Assembly (NCBI GenBank): GCA_963727725.1
Contig: CAVSHJ010000027.1
Coordinates: 10,755-74,754 of the forward strand
Length of the DNA: 64,000 bases
From: Thermodesulfovibrionales bacterium
Lineage (GTDB): Bacteria > Nitrospirota > Thermodesulfovibrionia > Thermodesulfovibrionales > SM23-35
Direction: 5' to 3'
Shown here: piece by piece, positions 36,410-46,369 of the stretch
How positions within the stretch are numbered: the first letter of the stretch is position 1
Layout of the letters: each line of letters starts with the position of its first letter
Translations under genes and position numbers: made by a program
Notes under the pieces: model-generated
What the model was told of the DNA's origin: nothing
The model's database searches: none
The model's input: the letters and a program-made list of their open reading frames with translations, nothing else

Positions 36410-37332
36410 TTTATCCCTTCCTTCAATCCGACCTTCGGTAGAAACCCTATCTCTTCCCTTGCCTTCGTCGCATCACAGATCCAGTGGGAATACCGGAGTT
36501 CCCTCATTTTGTCCCTGTTAATGATACCACGTTGACTTATCTTTTCCCCTAAAAAGGCAAAAAAAGGCATAACAAATTTAGGTACCTTCAGACGCGTTAC
36601 TTTTACGTCCAGTACGGAAGAGATCGCCGTCGCTATCTCTTCGTCCGTGTAAACCTTACTGTCGGATAAAAAATAAATTTTCCCTTCAGCCCTTTTGTTC
36701 TCCGCAGATGCTATTATACCCTGAATCAGGTCATCGACATAGAGCAATGAATAATAACATTTTCCCCAGTTCGGGAAAATACCTTTTTTTATCATTTTGA
36801 AAAAGACGAGGAAGTCTTTGTCCCTCGGTCCGTACACCGCGGGCGGTCTGAGAATCGTAACGGGCATCGAATCCGCGTATCTCAAAACTGCGGTTTCACC
36901 TTCGAGTTTGCTCCTGCCGTAATTCGATACGGGTGAAGGCGGTGAATCTTCCCGAAGGGGGTTACCATCCTTACTCGGACCCACTGCCGCAAGACTGCTC
37001 AAGTAAATGAACCTCTTCACCTTCGGGTTTCTCTCGGCGATGGTCTTTATAAGGTTTTCCGTACCCCTGGCATTCAGGCAGAAGAATTCATCGTCGCACT
37101 TGGCCTTTGTGAGTCCGGCAAGGTGGAATACATAATCGAAACCCCCGACAGCGTCCAGAAGGGATTCCGCAAGTGTGCAGTCACCTTTGACGAGCCTGAT
37201 GTCGAGGTTCTCTATCCAGTTCGGGTCAGAGGTGTTTCTTGAAAGACAGGTAACCTCGTAACCTCTCCTGATGAGTTCTTCACATAAGTGGCTTCCTATA
37301 AAGCCGGTAGCCCCTGTTACCAAAGCCTTCAT
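36370..37332 (-). CDS. NAD(P)-dependent epimerase/dehydratase-family reductase (CerR-like candidate)
   Basis: Rossmann motif [12 protein letters not shown] and an SDR-extended layout. Its 3' end overlaps the SPT-like gene. Confidence 0.7.
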   Translation of the reverse strand: MKALVTGATGFIGSHLCEELIRRGYEVTCLSRNTSDPNWIENLDIRLVKGDCTLAESLLDAVGGFDYVFHLAGLTKAKCDDEFFCLNARGTENLIKTIAERNPKVKRFIYLSSLAAVGPSKDGNPLREDSPPSPVSNYGRSKLEGETAVLRYADSMPVTILRPPAVYGPRDKDFLVFFKMIKKGIFPNWGKCYYSLLYVDDLIQGIIASAENKRAEGKIYFLSDSKVYTDEEIATAISSVLDVKVTRLKVPKFVMPFFAFLGEKISQRGIINRDKMRELRYSHWICDATKAREEIGFLPKVGLKEGIKWTADWYTIHRWL

Positions 37333-37398
37333 AAGGTAGGAATATTTTGGGGAATGAGGATGTGAAGAGTCAAGCCCAAATTAATCAGCCCCGTCCGG

Positions 37399-38241
37399 TT
37401 AGAGACTCATCGACTCCAGTCGTGAGATGCGCTCCTCAATCGGCGGGTGCGTGCTGAAAAGTTTCAATATGCCTCCACCTGACAGCGGATTAACGATGAA
37501 CATATGGGACGTCGACGGGTTTGCGTCCATGGGGATCTTCTGGGACGCCAAGGAAAGTTTCCTGAGCGCATTTGCAAGATATCGCGGATTTCCCGTAATT
37601 CTCGCGCCGCCTTCGTCTGCGGCATATTCACGGGACCTTGAAATGGCCAGCTGTATGATCATGGCAGCAATCGGGCCGACGATCATCATTACAAGGGCAG
37701 CTATGGGACTTCCGCCTTCGTCGTCATCTCCCCTGCCGCCGCCAAATATCATCGCCCACTGCGCCATCTGGGCGAGAAAACTGACGGCGCCTGCGATTGT
37801 CGCCGCGATAGTGCTGATAAGTATGTCCCTGTGTTTCACGTGGGCAAGCTCATGACCGATGACACCGGCGAGTTCGTCCTGGCTCAGGATGCGCATGATT
37901 CCGTTCGTGACCGCAACCGCGGCATGTTCGGGGTTCCTCCCGGTCGCGAATGCGTTCGGCTGTTCCCCGTTAATTATATATACCTTCGGCATGGGTATTT
38001 CCGCTTTTTGTGCGAGTCTCCGCACAATGTTGTAAAGTTCCGGTGCTTCCGACTCCGTGACTTCCCGGGCGCCGTACATCCTGAGGACTATCTTATCGCT
38101 GAACCAGTAAGCGAAGAGGTTCATGCCGAGTGCAAAAATAAAGGCTATGATCATGCCTTGTTTGCCGCCCATGGCCGCTCCCGCCCAGACAAGGATGAGC
38201 GTGAGCGCCACAAGCAGAACCATCGTCTTTATGTTATTCAT
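37399..38241 (-). CDS. htpX: Zinc metalloprotease HtpX (M48)
   Basis: [10 protein letters not shown] motif and a four-transmembrane layout. Confidence 0.88.
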   Translation of the reverse strand: MNNIKTMVLLVALTLILVWAGAAMGGKQGMIIAFIFALGMNLFAYWFSDKIVLRMYGAREVTESEAPELYNIVRRLAQKAEIPMPKVYIINGEQPNAFATGRNPEHAAVAVTNGIMRILSQDELAGVIGHELAHVKHRDILISTIAATIAGAVSFLAQMAQWAMIFGGGRGDDDEGGSPIAALVMMIVGPIAAMIIQLAISRSREYAADEGGARITGNPRYLANALRKLSLASQKIPMDANPSTSHMFIVNPLSGGGILKLFSTHPPIEERISRLESMSL

Positions 38242-38315
38242 TTATTCGCAACCTCCGTAAGATCTTACTTCTCCCGTACCTGATAATAGTTTGAAAAAAG
38301 AATGCTTTCAAGGCG

Positions 38316-39399
38316 TTATTGCGATCCGTACGCATGAAGTCCGGAAAGCAGCAGGTTTACGCCGAGGTAGGTGAATATCACAGCCATGAATCCTACTACC
38401 GCAACAATTGCGACCTTTTTCCCTCGCCATCCCCTTATCATCCGGCTGTGGAGATAAAAGGCGTAAATAAACCAGGTAATCAATGACCATGTCTCTTTCG
38501 GGTCCCAGCTCCAGTAAACACCCCATGCCTGATCCGCCCAGACGGCACCGAATATGAGGCCGCCCAATGTGAATATCGGGAAGCCGATAGCGATACTCTT
38601 ATAAGTGATTTCATCCAGCATGTCGGCAGTTACGCTGAACTTGGTGATAACGGTCTTCAGCACGGAGCCGTAGCTCCAGGACAGATAGAGGACCCCCGCT
38701 GACAACGCCCAGCTCAGGAGCTTCACGGCGCCGGAGGGATTCAGAAAGGTTGACTTGAACAGATAACTTCGCACAAACACTTCCGGTCTCACTCTGACTT
38801 TGAAAGTGAAGAAATCAATCCCCATTGCTACCATGACGACTGACAAAGATCCCCAACGTCAGCGTCCAGAACAGGTACGCGATCTCGTTTCTTTTCTCTG
38901 TCGTCACTATGAGATACATGATGCCGGTGCTGAAAGATACGGCAAACGCCGCATAAGAGATAAAACTCATCGTCACATGCGCGAGGAGCCAGTTGCTTTT
39001 CAGTGCGGGGACGAGCGGCTGAATTTCCTTTGATACACCGGACAAATCGATGAATGCCAGTACGAGGGCCGCGACCGGCGTAATGAATGCACCGAACGAG
39101 CGGTTCTTGAATTTAAATTCGATGATCAGATAGCCAAGTATCAGGCACCATACGAAAAAAATCAGCGATTCGTAGAGGTTTGTAAGGGGAACGGACCTCA
39201 AAAAACCCATACCGCTCAAATCCGCGGTCTCTTTCCATCTCAGAATGAGCGCGAGCGTCTGCGAAGCAAACCCTATAATAGTAACTGTTGTCGCCAGTAT
39301 CCCGACCTGTTTCTTCTTGAAAGCGAGATAGGTTATATAAACTATCATGGCAATGACGTAAGCCATGGTCGATAATCCGAATAAAAAAGAACTGTCCAT
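38316..39399 (-). CDS. ccsA: Cytochrome c biogenesis system II haem-handling protein CcsA/ResC, one frame disruption near 38815-38846
   Basis: [18 protein letters not shown] is the WWD motif. The N-terminal ORF (38815-39399) and C-terminal ORF (38316-38846) overlap in different frames. Confidence 0.8.
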
Positions 39400-40836
39400 C
39401 TATTTTTGTCCCTCCTGTTTTTTGCTGAGGACCGATATCACCCTGTCAATCTTCCTTTCGAAAGATGCCCTGTTCTTGTTACAGGTCGCGCCGATGATGA
39501 CCTTTGAATTGTTTTTTTCTTCTGCAACCTTAACCCATATTTTACGATGGTTCATGAAAAAGGCCATAAAAAGCCCTATGCTGATCGCGATACATCCGAA
39601 GTAAACGACCCAGACACCCGGGTCTTTTCTTACCTGCAGGCCGGTATATTGAACGCCCCAGTAATCGAGAAATTCAACCCTGTTGCCGTCCGGCAACTGC
39701 CACGTCTGGGGATACCTTTTCATTATCCAGCCCGAGTACTTCTGCTTTCCGGATTCCGAAAAAGCTATGAAGACCGCTGGATTATTCATCTGGTCAGCAT
39801 AAGTGAATGCCTCTCCGTTGTCACCTATTTTCAGTGCCGGGCTGAAGTTTACGATCTTTCCTGTGATATCACTGCCGGGTATTTGAAACGCGTCCCCCCA
39901 TCTCAGGTTAAGGTTCGCGGTCTTGCCGTCCCTGGATATCACCCTGAAGATAAAAACGCCTTTATCCATATTTTCATTTATGAGCCCGTAGCTCGCCTGA
40001 TAGAATGTTATGCCTTCGTATGTCAGGGGATCATTCACCACTATCGATTTTGTGAGTACCTCCCTGCCGTCCTTTATTACAGTGAGCCAGCTTCTGTATT
40101 CTTTCGGCATGTCCGAATTGTCATAAAATTCAACATCAAACCTGTCGCACCGTATCCCGAAGCCGAGGGGGATCTCCTTGCCTGTGCGGCTGAAGGCAAC
40201 AGTCGATACAGCGCCTTCCGGCAGATTGAGATATCCGCCAAACCCGAGGCGAATCCCTATTATTGCTCCGACGAGTATTATAAGTATGCTGAAATGAGTT
40301 ACGTATACTCCGAATCTGGTGTAATTTCCTTTCTGGGCATAGAATTGATATCCCTTCTCCTCCTGCACTTCGGTATAGCGAAATCTCGCGTTCTTTATCG
40401 CTTTTTTCACGGTATCCCTGACTCTATCAGGTTTTTCCTTCAATACCACCTCTCTGCTGATGGTGAACTTCCTGAGTCTTTCTTCAGTCATCGGTCCGAT
40501 AGGCTCTCTGACTAATTTCCATATCCTCGGCAATCTGTCAAGAGAGCAGATGATAAGGTTAACCGAGAAAAGAACGAGTAAGGCAGTGAACCACCATGAG
40601 TGATACATGTCTATGAAACCAAGCTTATTGAACACGTTATACAAACCGGGGGCAAGAGATTCGCCGAATAATCTGCTCAATATCTGAATGTTCGTGGCGG
40701 GTTCTGCCCTCTGTTCCAATACTGTTCCGATGATAGAGGTGAGGGAAATAAGGGCGAAGATAACAATCGCAAGCTTTACTGAAGAGAGAAAGTCCCAAAC
40801 TCTGTCGGCGGCCGACTTGTTCTTTGTCTGTTCCAA
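39400..40836 (-). CDS. ccsB: Cytochrome c biogenesis protein CcsB/ResB
   Basis: 478 aa with ResB-like N-terminal transmembrane segments. It lies immediately upstream of ccsA, and its stop abuts the ccsA start. Confidence 0.8.
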   Translation of the reverse strand: MEQTKNKSAADRVWDFLSSVKLAIVIFALISLTSIIGTVLEQRAEPATNIQILSRLFGESLAPGLYNVFNKLGFIDMYHSWWFTALLVLFSVNLIICSLDRLPRIWKLVREPIGPMTEERLRKFTISREVVLKEKPDRVRDTVKKAIKNARFRYTEVQEEKGYQFYAQKGNYTRFGVYVTHFSILIILVGAIIGIRLGFGGYLNLPEGAVSTVAFSRTGKEIPLGFGIRCDRFDVEFYDNSDMPKEYRSWLTVIKDGREVLTKSIVVNDPLTYEGITFYQASYGLINENMDKGVFIFRVISRDGKTANLNLRWGDAFQIPGSDITGKIVNFSPALKIGDNGEAFTYADQMNNPAVFIAFSESGKQKYSGWIMKRYPQTWQLPDGNRVEFLDYWGVQYTGLQVRKDPGVWVVYFGCIAISIGLFMAFFMNHRKIWVKVAEEKNNSKVIIGATCNKNRASFERKIDRVISVLSKKQEGQK

Positions 40837-40914
40837 ATTAAGATCTTTCCTTCTGAATTCTTATTCTAATATTTTTAATGCGCATAAGACAAGGACTTTA
40901 ACTCATTGTTATTG

Positions 40915-42489
40915 CTAAGCGGTCTTTGTGAGGTCTTTGAAGAACTGCTTGTTTTCAGAGTACAGAAGACCGTCTTTAAACCCGATTAAATCGGCCCGGT
41001 AGAGGTTTGCAAGAGATGTCTCCAGGGATGAATATTCCTCCGTGCCGCTCATCATCTGTGACTTTATCTGATGGGTCTTGCCCTCCCTGATGAGATTCTT
41101 CACCCCAAAGCTGTTTATTATTTTTTCGCAGGCCAGTACCCTGCCGTCACCTTTCTTCAAAGGAACCAGCCTCTGTGACAGGACGAATAAAAGGTTGTCT
41201 GCTATCCTGGTCCTTATAATGCCCTGCTGATAAGGAGGGAAGATATTGATCGCCCTTTCTATCGTCGAAGCAGCAGTGCTGGCATGAACGGTCGTAATGA
41301 CAAGGTGACCTGTGTCCGCTGCCTGTAAGGCAATAGCAAAACTGTCGGGGTCCCTCATCTCTCCGATCACGATGACATCCGGGTCCTGCCTGAATACATA
41401 TTTTAATCCTTCATAGAAGGACTTCGTATCAAGGCCGATTTCCCTCTGATTCACGTTGCTTTTTTTGTGCTTGTGGAGGTATTCAATCGGGTCTTCGAGG
41501 GTCACGATGTTGCATTTCCTGTTGGAGTTTATTGCATCGATCATTGCGGCAAGGGTCGTAGTCTTTCCATGACCGGCGGGACCCGAGACAAGGATGAGCC
41601 CCTGGGGTGTCAGTACAAAATCCTTTATCCAGGCCGGCACATTGAGCTCTTCGAGAGAAGGCAAGATGTCTATGATGTGACGAAGCGTAATCGAAATGGA
41701 ATTCCGCTGCCTGTATAAATTTACCCTGAAGCGTCCGAATTCGGGGTACGTTACAGCGAGGTCATAGTCACCTCTCTGCTCAAATGCCTCCCACTCCTTT
41801 TCGGACATAAGTTCTCTTGCGTATCTCTCGCAATCCGTGGGCGTCAGGGCGCCCATGGATGCCCTCTCTATATCGTTGCTAAGCTTTATCGAGGGAGCCA
41901 CCCCGGCGGTGAGCAGCATGTCCGTTGCGCCTGAATCCAGCAGATATCTGAGAAGCGAGAGCAAGGAAGGAGCTTTTTTTGTCTCGGCCCTTATTGTTCC
42001 CTTCTCGATACTCTTACCCGCGAGACCGCTTTCAGGATGCTGCATGAGACTTTCTATTGCAATATCCATTTGTGAAGAGGGTACAACAACGGGATTTACC
42101 TTTTTCCCGAGTGAAAACTCGATATCCCTGATCGAGAGCATATCACGGGGGTTCACCATTGCAAGAGTCACCGTGTTCTCATCAATGCTGATCGGAAGCA
42201 CCTTCATGGATTTGATCTTTTCCAGAGGCATGAGTTTCAGCATACTGGGTGCAATATCGATCTTGAAAAGATTTGCGGAAGGGATGCCGAGCTGCCTGCT
42301 GAGGAAATTTAGCAGGTCGTCGGTCGTTATAAAACCCATCTCGACCAGTGCAGAACCTATCTGCCCGCCTACCTGAGCCTGCCTTTTCAGTGCGTCTTTC
42401 AGCTGGTTGGTGGTAATCAGGCCGTGTTCGACAAGGAGTTCGCCGAGGCGTTGTTTCTTATGTATGAGCGGCATCATATTTTGTACCAT
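40915..42489 (-). CDS. PilT-like hexameric ATPase with an N-terminal MshEN/T2SSE_N domain
   Basis: Walker A GPAGHGKTTTLAAMI and PilT-like GHLVITTVHA…NLIREGKTHQI. The N-terminus holds RLGELLVEHGLITTNQLKDALKRQ and QIGSALVEMGFITTDDLLNFLSRQ. Confidence 0.75.
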   Translation of the reverse strand: MVQNMMPLIHKKQRLGELLVEHGLITTNQLKDALKRQAQVGGQIGSALVEMGFITTDDLLNFLSRQLGIPSANLFKIDIAPSMLKLMPLEKIKSMKVLPISIDENTVTLAMVNPRDMLSIRDIEFSLGKKVNPVVVPSSQMDIAIESLMQHPESGLAGKSIEKGTIRAETKKAPSLLSLLRYLLDSGATDMLLTAGVAPSIKLSNDIERASMGALTPTDCERYARELMSEKEWEAFEQRGDYDLAVTYPEFGRFRVNLYRQRNSISITLRHIIDILPSLEELNVPAWIKDFVLTPQGLILVSGPAGHGKTTTLAAMIDAINSNRKCNIVTLEDPIEYLHKHKKSNVNQREIGLDTKSFYEGLKYVFRQDPDVIVIGEMRDPDSFAIALQAADTGHLVITTVHASTAASTIERAINIFPPYQQGIIRTRIADNLLFVLSQRLVPLKKGDGRVLACEKIINSFGVKNLIREGKTHQIKSQMMSGTEEYSSLETSLANLYRADLIGFKDGLLYSENKQFFKDLTKTA

Positions 42490-42612
42490 GTACGCCTGTT
42501 TTTGTCAATTTTTTGTATAAGTTACAACCTCTTTTAACTCAGGCGACGCGGCCAGGCACAAACGAACTGTGAAGTAAATGCTATAATTTTATTATAAGAC
42601 TTTGTAAATCAT

Positions 42613-42668
42613 GTCATTCCGCAATGAACTGGTGAAGGAATGACCATAATACGGCTGACTATGTCGCC
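42613..42668. repeat. Short GTCATTCC…GGAATGAC hairpin plus AATACGGCTGACTATGTCGCC tail
   Basis: Shares both modules with the 3' part of the 24342-24460 copy. Confidence 0.7.
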
Positions 42669-42748
42669 CGGTATATTTTTGGAGGCTTTTTGCGGAAGAC
42701 ATTAAACTCGGAACAGATTTACTGCTTGCGGCTCGGGAGAAAGGAAAA

Positions 42749-44338
42749 ATGAGGGTAGTCACTTCGGCTGCGATGCGGGAGATCGACAGAAGGACTATTG
42801 AAGAGTACGGCGTCCCGGGTATGGTGCTCATGGAAAGAGCGGGGCTTGCAGTCGTCTCCAGATTGAAGGAAGTCTTTGGAAGAAAGAGAGTCGTTGTCAT
42901 AGGGGGACCCGGAAACAACGGCGGTGACGGAATGGTGGTCGCAAGGGAGCTTCATAACGAAGGGTGGGATGTAGAGGTTTTCCTCATTTCCGGACCTGAA
43001 AATTTAAAAGGTGATGCACTGTCACAGTATACTTCCGCAATAAAACTCGGGGTGCGCGTGCAGCCGGTAGAAAATCTTCTTGCTCAGCATTCTTCAATTT
43101 TCAGGAGGCATTCCGTTATTGTTGACGCAATTTTTGGTACGGGGTTGAGCAAAAATATCACGGGGAATATCTCGGAAGTCGTAAAGGTCATTAACGGATC
43201 GGGCCTGCCCGTCGTTTCGGTGGATATCCCGTCAGGCATTTCGTCTGATAACGGGCAGGTGATGGGAGATGCCGTTAAGGCTGACTGTACGGTAACTTTC
43301 GGCCTGCCGAAAAGGGGACATCTCCTGTACCCCGGGGCGGGATATGCCGGAAACCTTATTGTTGAAGATATCGGGTTTCCTCAGGAATTTCTCGCCTCCG
43401 AAAAGATCGGGACTGAACTGCTCGAAAAAGATGATGTCTCACGGCTGATCCCTGAAAGGAAGAAATATTCCCATAAGGGAGATTACGGGCATGTGCTGAT
43501 CGTGGCCGGTTCAAAAGGGAAGACCGGTGCTGCTTTTATGGCGGCAAAGGCATGCCTGAGGACTGGAGCGGGGCTTGTTACCATTGGTGTCCCTGAATCC
43601 CTTGCGGATGTGTTTCAGTCTCGTGCTGTCGAAGAGATGGTACTGGTTCTGCCTGACAGGGGCGATGGCAGCCTTTCCGCAAAGGCATCAAACCGGATAC
43701 TCGATTTCCTCCATGGACGTGCCGACGTTCTTGCGATCGGGCCCGGCATAGGGGTGAGCGCCGAGACCGAAAAAGTGATGAAGACCCTGATAAAGAATGC
43801 GCCGTCTCCGATGGTTATCGATGCAGACGGCATAAATTCTCTAGCCGGAGACAAGAAGATTTTGACGGATGCGAAGTCCCCCGTGATCCTTACTCCCCAT
43901 CCCGGAGAGATGGCAAGACTGATGAAGAAAGCTCAAAAAGCGGGGAATAAGGGATTTGCTGCGGGAGCAAGTCTGATCCGGGAAATAGAAAAGGACCGTA
44001 TTGATACCGCAATGCGCTACGCGAAAGAGACAGGGACCTTTCTCGTACTCAAGGGAGTCCCGACTGTTATTGCTACACCTGAAGGAAATGCTTTCATAAA
44101 TCCGACCGGGAATGCAGGGATGGCTAAAGGAGGTTCGGGGGATGTCCTCACAGGAATGATTTCCGGATTACTGAGTCAGACCGGGAATCCCATTAATTCA
44201 TGCATTCTCGGCGTATACATGCACGGTCTGGCCGGGGATATCGGAGCATCTGAAAAGGGTCAGCACTCGCTGATTGCAACGGATATAATAGACAGGATAC
44301 CGGCTGCTTTTTTTTCGCTTAAACAAGGGAACCAATAG
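42749..44338 (+). CDS. nnr: Bifunctional NAD(P)H-hydrate repair enzyme (epimerase/dehydratase, YjeF)
   Basis: An N-terminal YjeF_N domain (GPGNNGGDG) and a C-terminal carbohydrate-kinase-like domain (GSGDVLTG). Confidence 0.85.
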   Translation: MRVVTSAAMREIDRRTIEEYGVPGMVLMERAGLAVVSRLKEVFGRKRVVVIGGPGNNGGDGMVVARELHNEGWDVEVFLISGPENLKGDALSQYTSAIKLGVRVQPVENLLAQHSSIFRRHSVIVDAIFGTGLSKNITGNISEVVKVINGSGLPVVSVDIPSGISSDNGQVMGDAVKADCTVTFGLPKRGHLLYPGAGYAGNLIVEDIGFPQEFLASEKIGTELLEKDDVSRLIPERKKYSHKGDYGHVLIVAGSKGKTGAAFMAAKACLRTGAGLVTIGVPESLADVFQSRAVEEMVLVLPDRGDGSLSAKASNRILDFLHGRADVLAIGPGIGVSAETEKVMKTLIKNAPSPMVIDADGINSLAGDKKILTDAKSPVILTPHPGEMARLMKKAQKAGNKGFAAGASLIREIEKDRIDTAMRYAKETGTFLVLKGVPTVIATPEGNAFINPTGNAGMAKGGSGDVLTGMISGLLSQTGNPINSCILGVYMHGLAGDIGASEKGQHSLIATDIIDRIPAAFFSLKQGNQ

Positions 44339-44347
44339 TTCGATGTC

Positions 44348-45025
44348 ATGGATCAATTGATTAAACCGGATATCTTCAATGGAGAAGTGAAGGCATTTTT
44401 TACAGGGAAATCACTGGGTGCGAATATCGGGAAGATCGGTAATCTTCTTTCTATTCCAGAGCAGGATATATATCTCCCTGTCCAGAAGCACACGGATCAG
44501 GTATTGGTACTGGGGTCAGACCTCGCCCCTGTGACGGCTGATGCTGTCGTCACTCAAAGGAAGGGGATACTGCTTGGTGTCAGGGTTGCCGATTGTGTTC
44601 CGATTCTCCTGTATGACAGGAAAAACTCGATTGTGGGGGCTGTCCATGCCGGCTGGCGGGGTACAGCCGCGCAGATAATGAAAAAGACTGTTCAGACAAT
44701 GGTTGAACTTTTTGGTTCCACTCCAAAGGACATTATAGCTGCGATCGGTCCCAGCATCAGGTGGCAGTGCTATGATGTAGGGAGCGAGGTGAAAGAAGCC
44801 GTCTGCGAAGCTACGGGAAAAGGGAAGTATTGCATATCAAAAAAGGACAAGTATTTCGTCGACCTTTCTTCTGCCAACAGAATTCAGGCGTTATCTTCGG
44901 GCATTCCCGGAGAAAACATATGGAGTTCTGCAGAGTGTACCCGTTGTAACCCGGACGCATTTTACTCGTACAGATACGGCAAAACATATGCCGGGTGTCA
45001 GGGAGGATTTATCGGGGTATTTTAA
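44348..45025 (+). CDS. pgeF: Peptidoglycan editing factor PgeF / YfiH (DUF152) family
   Basis: Motifs VRVADCVPILLYD and AVHAGWRGT. Confidence 0.8.
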   Translation: MDQLIKPDIFNGEVKAFFTGKSLGANIGKIGNLLSIPEQDIYLPVQKHTDQVLVLGSDLAPVTADAVVTQRKGILLGVRVADCVPILLYDRKNSIVGAVHAGWRGTAAQIMKKTVQTMVELFGSTPKDIIAAIGPSIRWQCYDVGSEVKEAVCEATGKGKYCISKKDKYFVDLSSANRIQALSSGIPGENIWSSAECTRCNPDAFYSYRYGKTYAGCQGGFIGVF

Positions 45026-45039
45026 AAAGTGCCCAAATT

Positions 45040-45483
45040 ATGAAAAAATATATAAGTGAGAGTCCTGATGAGACGCGGTCGGTCGGTTTCCTGGTAGGAG
45101 GCTTTCTGCAACCGGGAGATGTTGTCGGGCTGTATGGCGAGTTGGGCGCGGGCAAGACAGTGCTGGCGCAGGGAATTGCGACGGCCTTTGGCATTAACGA
45201 GAGAGAAATCGTGAGCGCCAGTTTTACGGTAATTTCTGAATATGATACAACCCCGCCTTTTATACATGTAGATTTGTACAGGATCAACAGCAGGGCCGAA
45301 CTGACCGAACTTGGCCTCTGGGAATACATCGGAGGCGAAGGCATTTCTGTTATCGAATGGGCGGAAAAGGCCGAAGGGGACCTTCCGGAAGATCTGATAA
45401 AGATCTGTTTGCATCCCACAGGTGAAAGTGTGAGGGAAATAACGGTTGAGGGAATGAATGGAGAAAATAGGGATAATCTGTAA
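45040..45483 (+). CDS. tsaE: tRNA threonylcarbamoyladenosine biosynthesis ATPase TsaE
   Basis: P-loop motif GELGAGKT and a length of about 147 aa. Confidence 0.8.
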   Translation: MKKYISESPDETRSVGFLVGGFLQPGDVVGLYGELGAGKTVLAQGIATAFGINEREIVSASFTVISEYDTTPPFIHVDLYRINSRAELTELGLWEYIGGEGISVIEWAEKAEGDLPEDLIKICLHPTGESVREITVEGMNGENRDNL

Positions 45484-46309
45484 AACAGGGGTATCCGAGC
45501 CTGCCGAGATATTGAAAGAACTCCTGCCATGGCTGAGGCAGAAAGGCTGTGAGACCTATGTGGACAATGAGACCGCATCTGTTCTGAATATGGGAGGCAC
45601 TCCGCGTTCTCAGATACCCTCATTGGCTGAAGTCATTATTGTGCTCGGTGGTGACGGGACGATGCTCAGTGTGGCCAGACTTGTGGGGGATAAAGGTGTT
45701 CCGATACTGGGGGTAAACATAGGCGGACTTGGATTTCTCACAGCGGTCCAGAAAGGCGAGCTCCATGAGGTGATCAATAAGGTGCTCTCGGAAGAGTGCT
45801 CTGTGGAAGAGCGGATTATGCTTACCGCATGTGTCTTCAGGCATAGCGAATGTATTGCCGAATACATTGTGATGAATGACGTTGTGGTAAACAAAGGAGC
45901 CCTTGCGAGGATTATCGACCTCGAGACCTATATTGACCATAATTATGTTGCTACCTTCAAGGCTGACGGTTTGATAGTTTCGACTCCAACCGGCTCTACC
46001 GGATATGCTCTTTCGGCAGGAGGTCCCATCCTTTATCCGACGCTGAACAGCATAATCCTTGCTCCGATATGTCCCCATACCCTTACAAACAGGCCGATAG
46101 TCCTGCCTGACAACGTACTGGTGGAGATAGTGCTCAGGTCGCAGAACGAAGATGTTTTCCTTACACTTGACGGACAGGTGGGTTTTTCTTTACGGCAAAA
46201 TGATACGGTTGATGTCAAGAAAACTCCGTTCAAGACAAAACTCTACATCCCCTGTGAAAGAGATTATTTCCAGATTCTCAGGACGAAATTGAAATGGGGA
46301 GAAAGGTAA
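45458..46309 (+). CDS. nadK: NAD kinase
   Basis: GGDGTML motif, 283 aa. Confidence 0.88.
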   Translation: MEKIGIICKTGVSEPAEILKELLPWLRQKGCETYVDNETASVLNMGGTPRSQIPSLAEVIIVLGGDGTMLSVARLVGDKGVPILGVNIGGLGFLTAVQKGELHEVINKVLSEECSVEERIMLTACVFRHSECIAEYIVMNDVVVNKGALARIIDLETYIDHNYVATFKADGLIVSTPTGSTGYALSAGGPILYPTLNSIILAPICPHTLTNRPIVLPDNVLVEIVLRSQNEDVFLTLDGQVGFSLRQNDTVDVKKTPFKTKLYIPCERDYFQILRTKLKWGER

Positions 46310-46369
46310 CAAGAGAGTTAAAAGTTAAGAGTTAAAAGTTAAATTAAGAGTGAAAATGAAAGTGAAGAG

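Noticed and set aside
39547-40515. 322-aa plus-strand ORF
   Set aside because: It is antisense to ccsB/resB, which has clear family features. I see no motif or ribosome-binding site supporting it.
45009-45623. 204-aa minus-strand ORF
   Set aside because: It is antisense to tsaE and the nadK 5' end. Its Ser/Pro-rich composition is typical of shadow frames.
46310-46369. Low-complexity GAGTTAA(A)AG-type reiterations between nadK and udg (similar strings near 2660-2690 and 2820-2845)
   Set aside because: These are short, imperfect, purine-rich simple repeats for which I can support no structure or coding role. I note them only as another intergenic word family.
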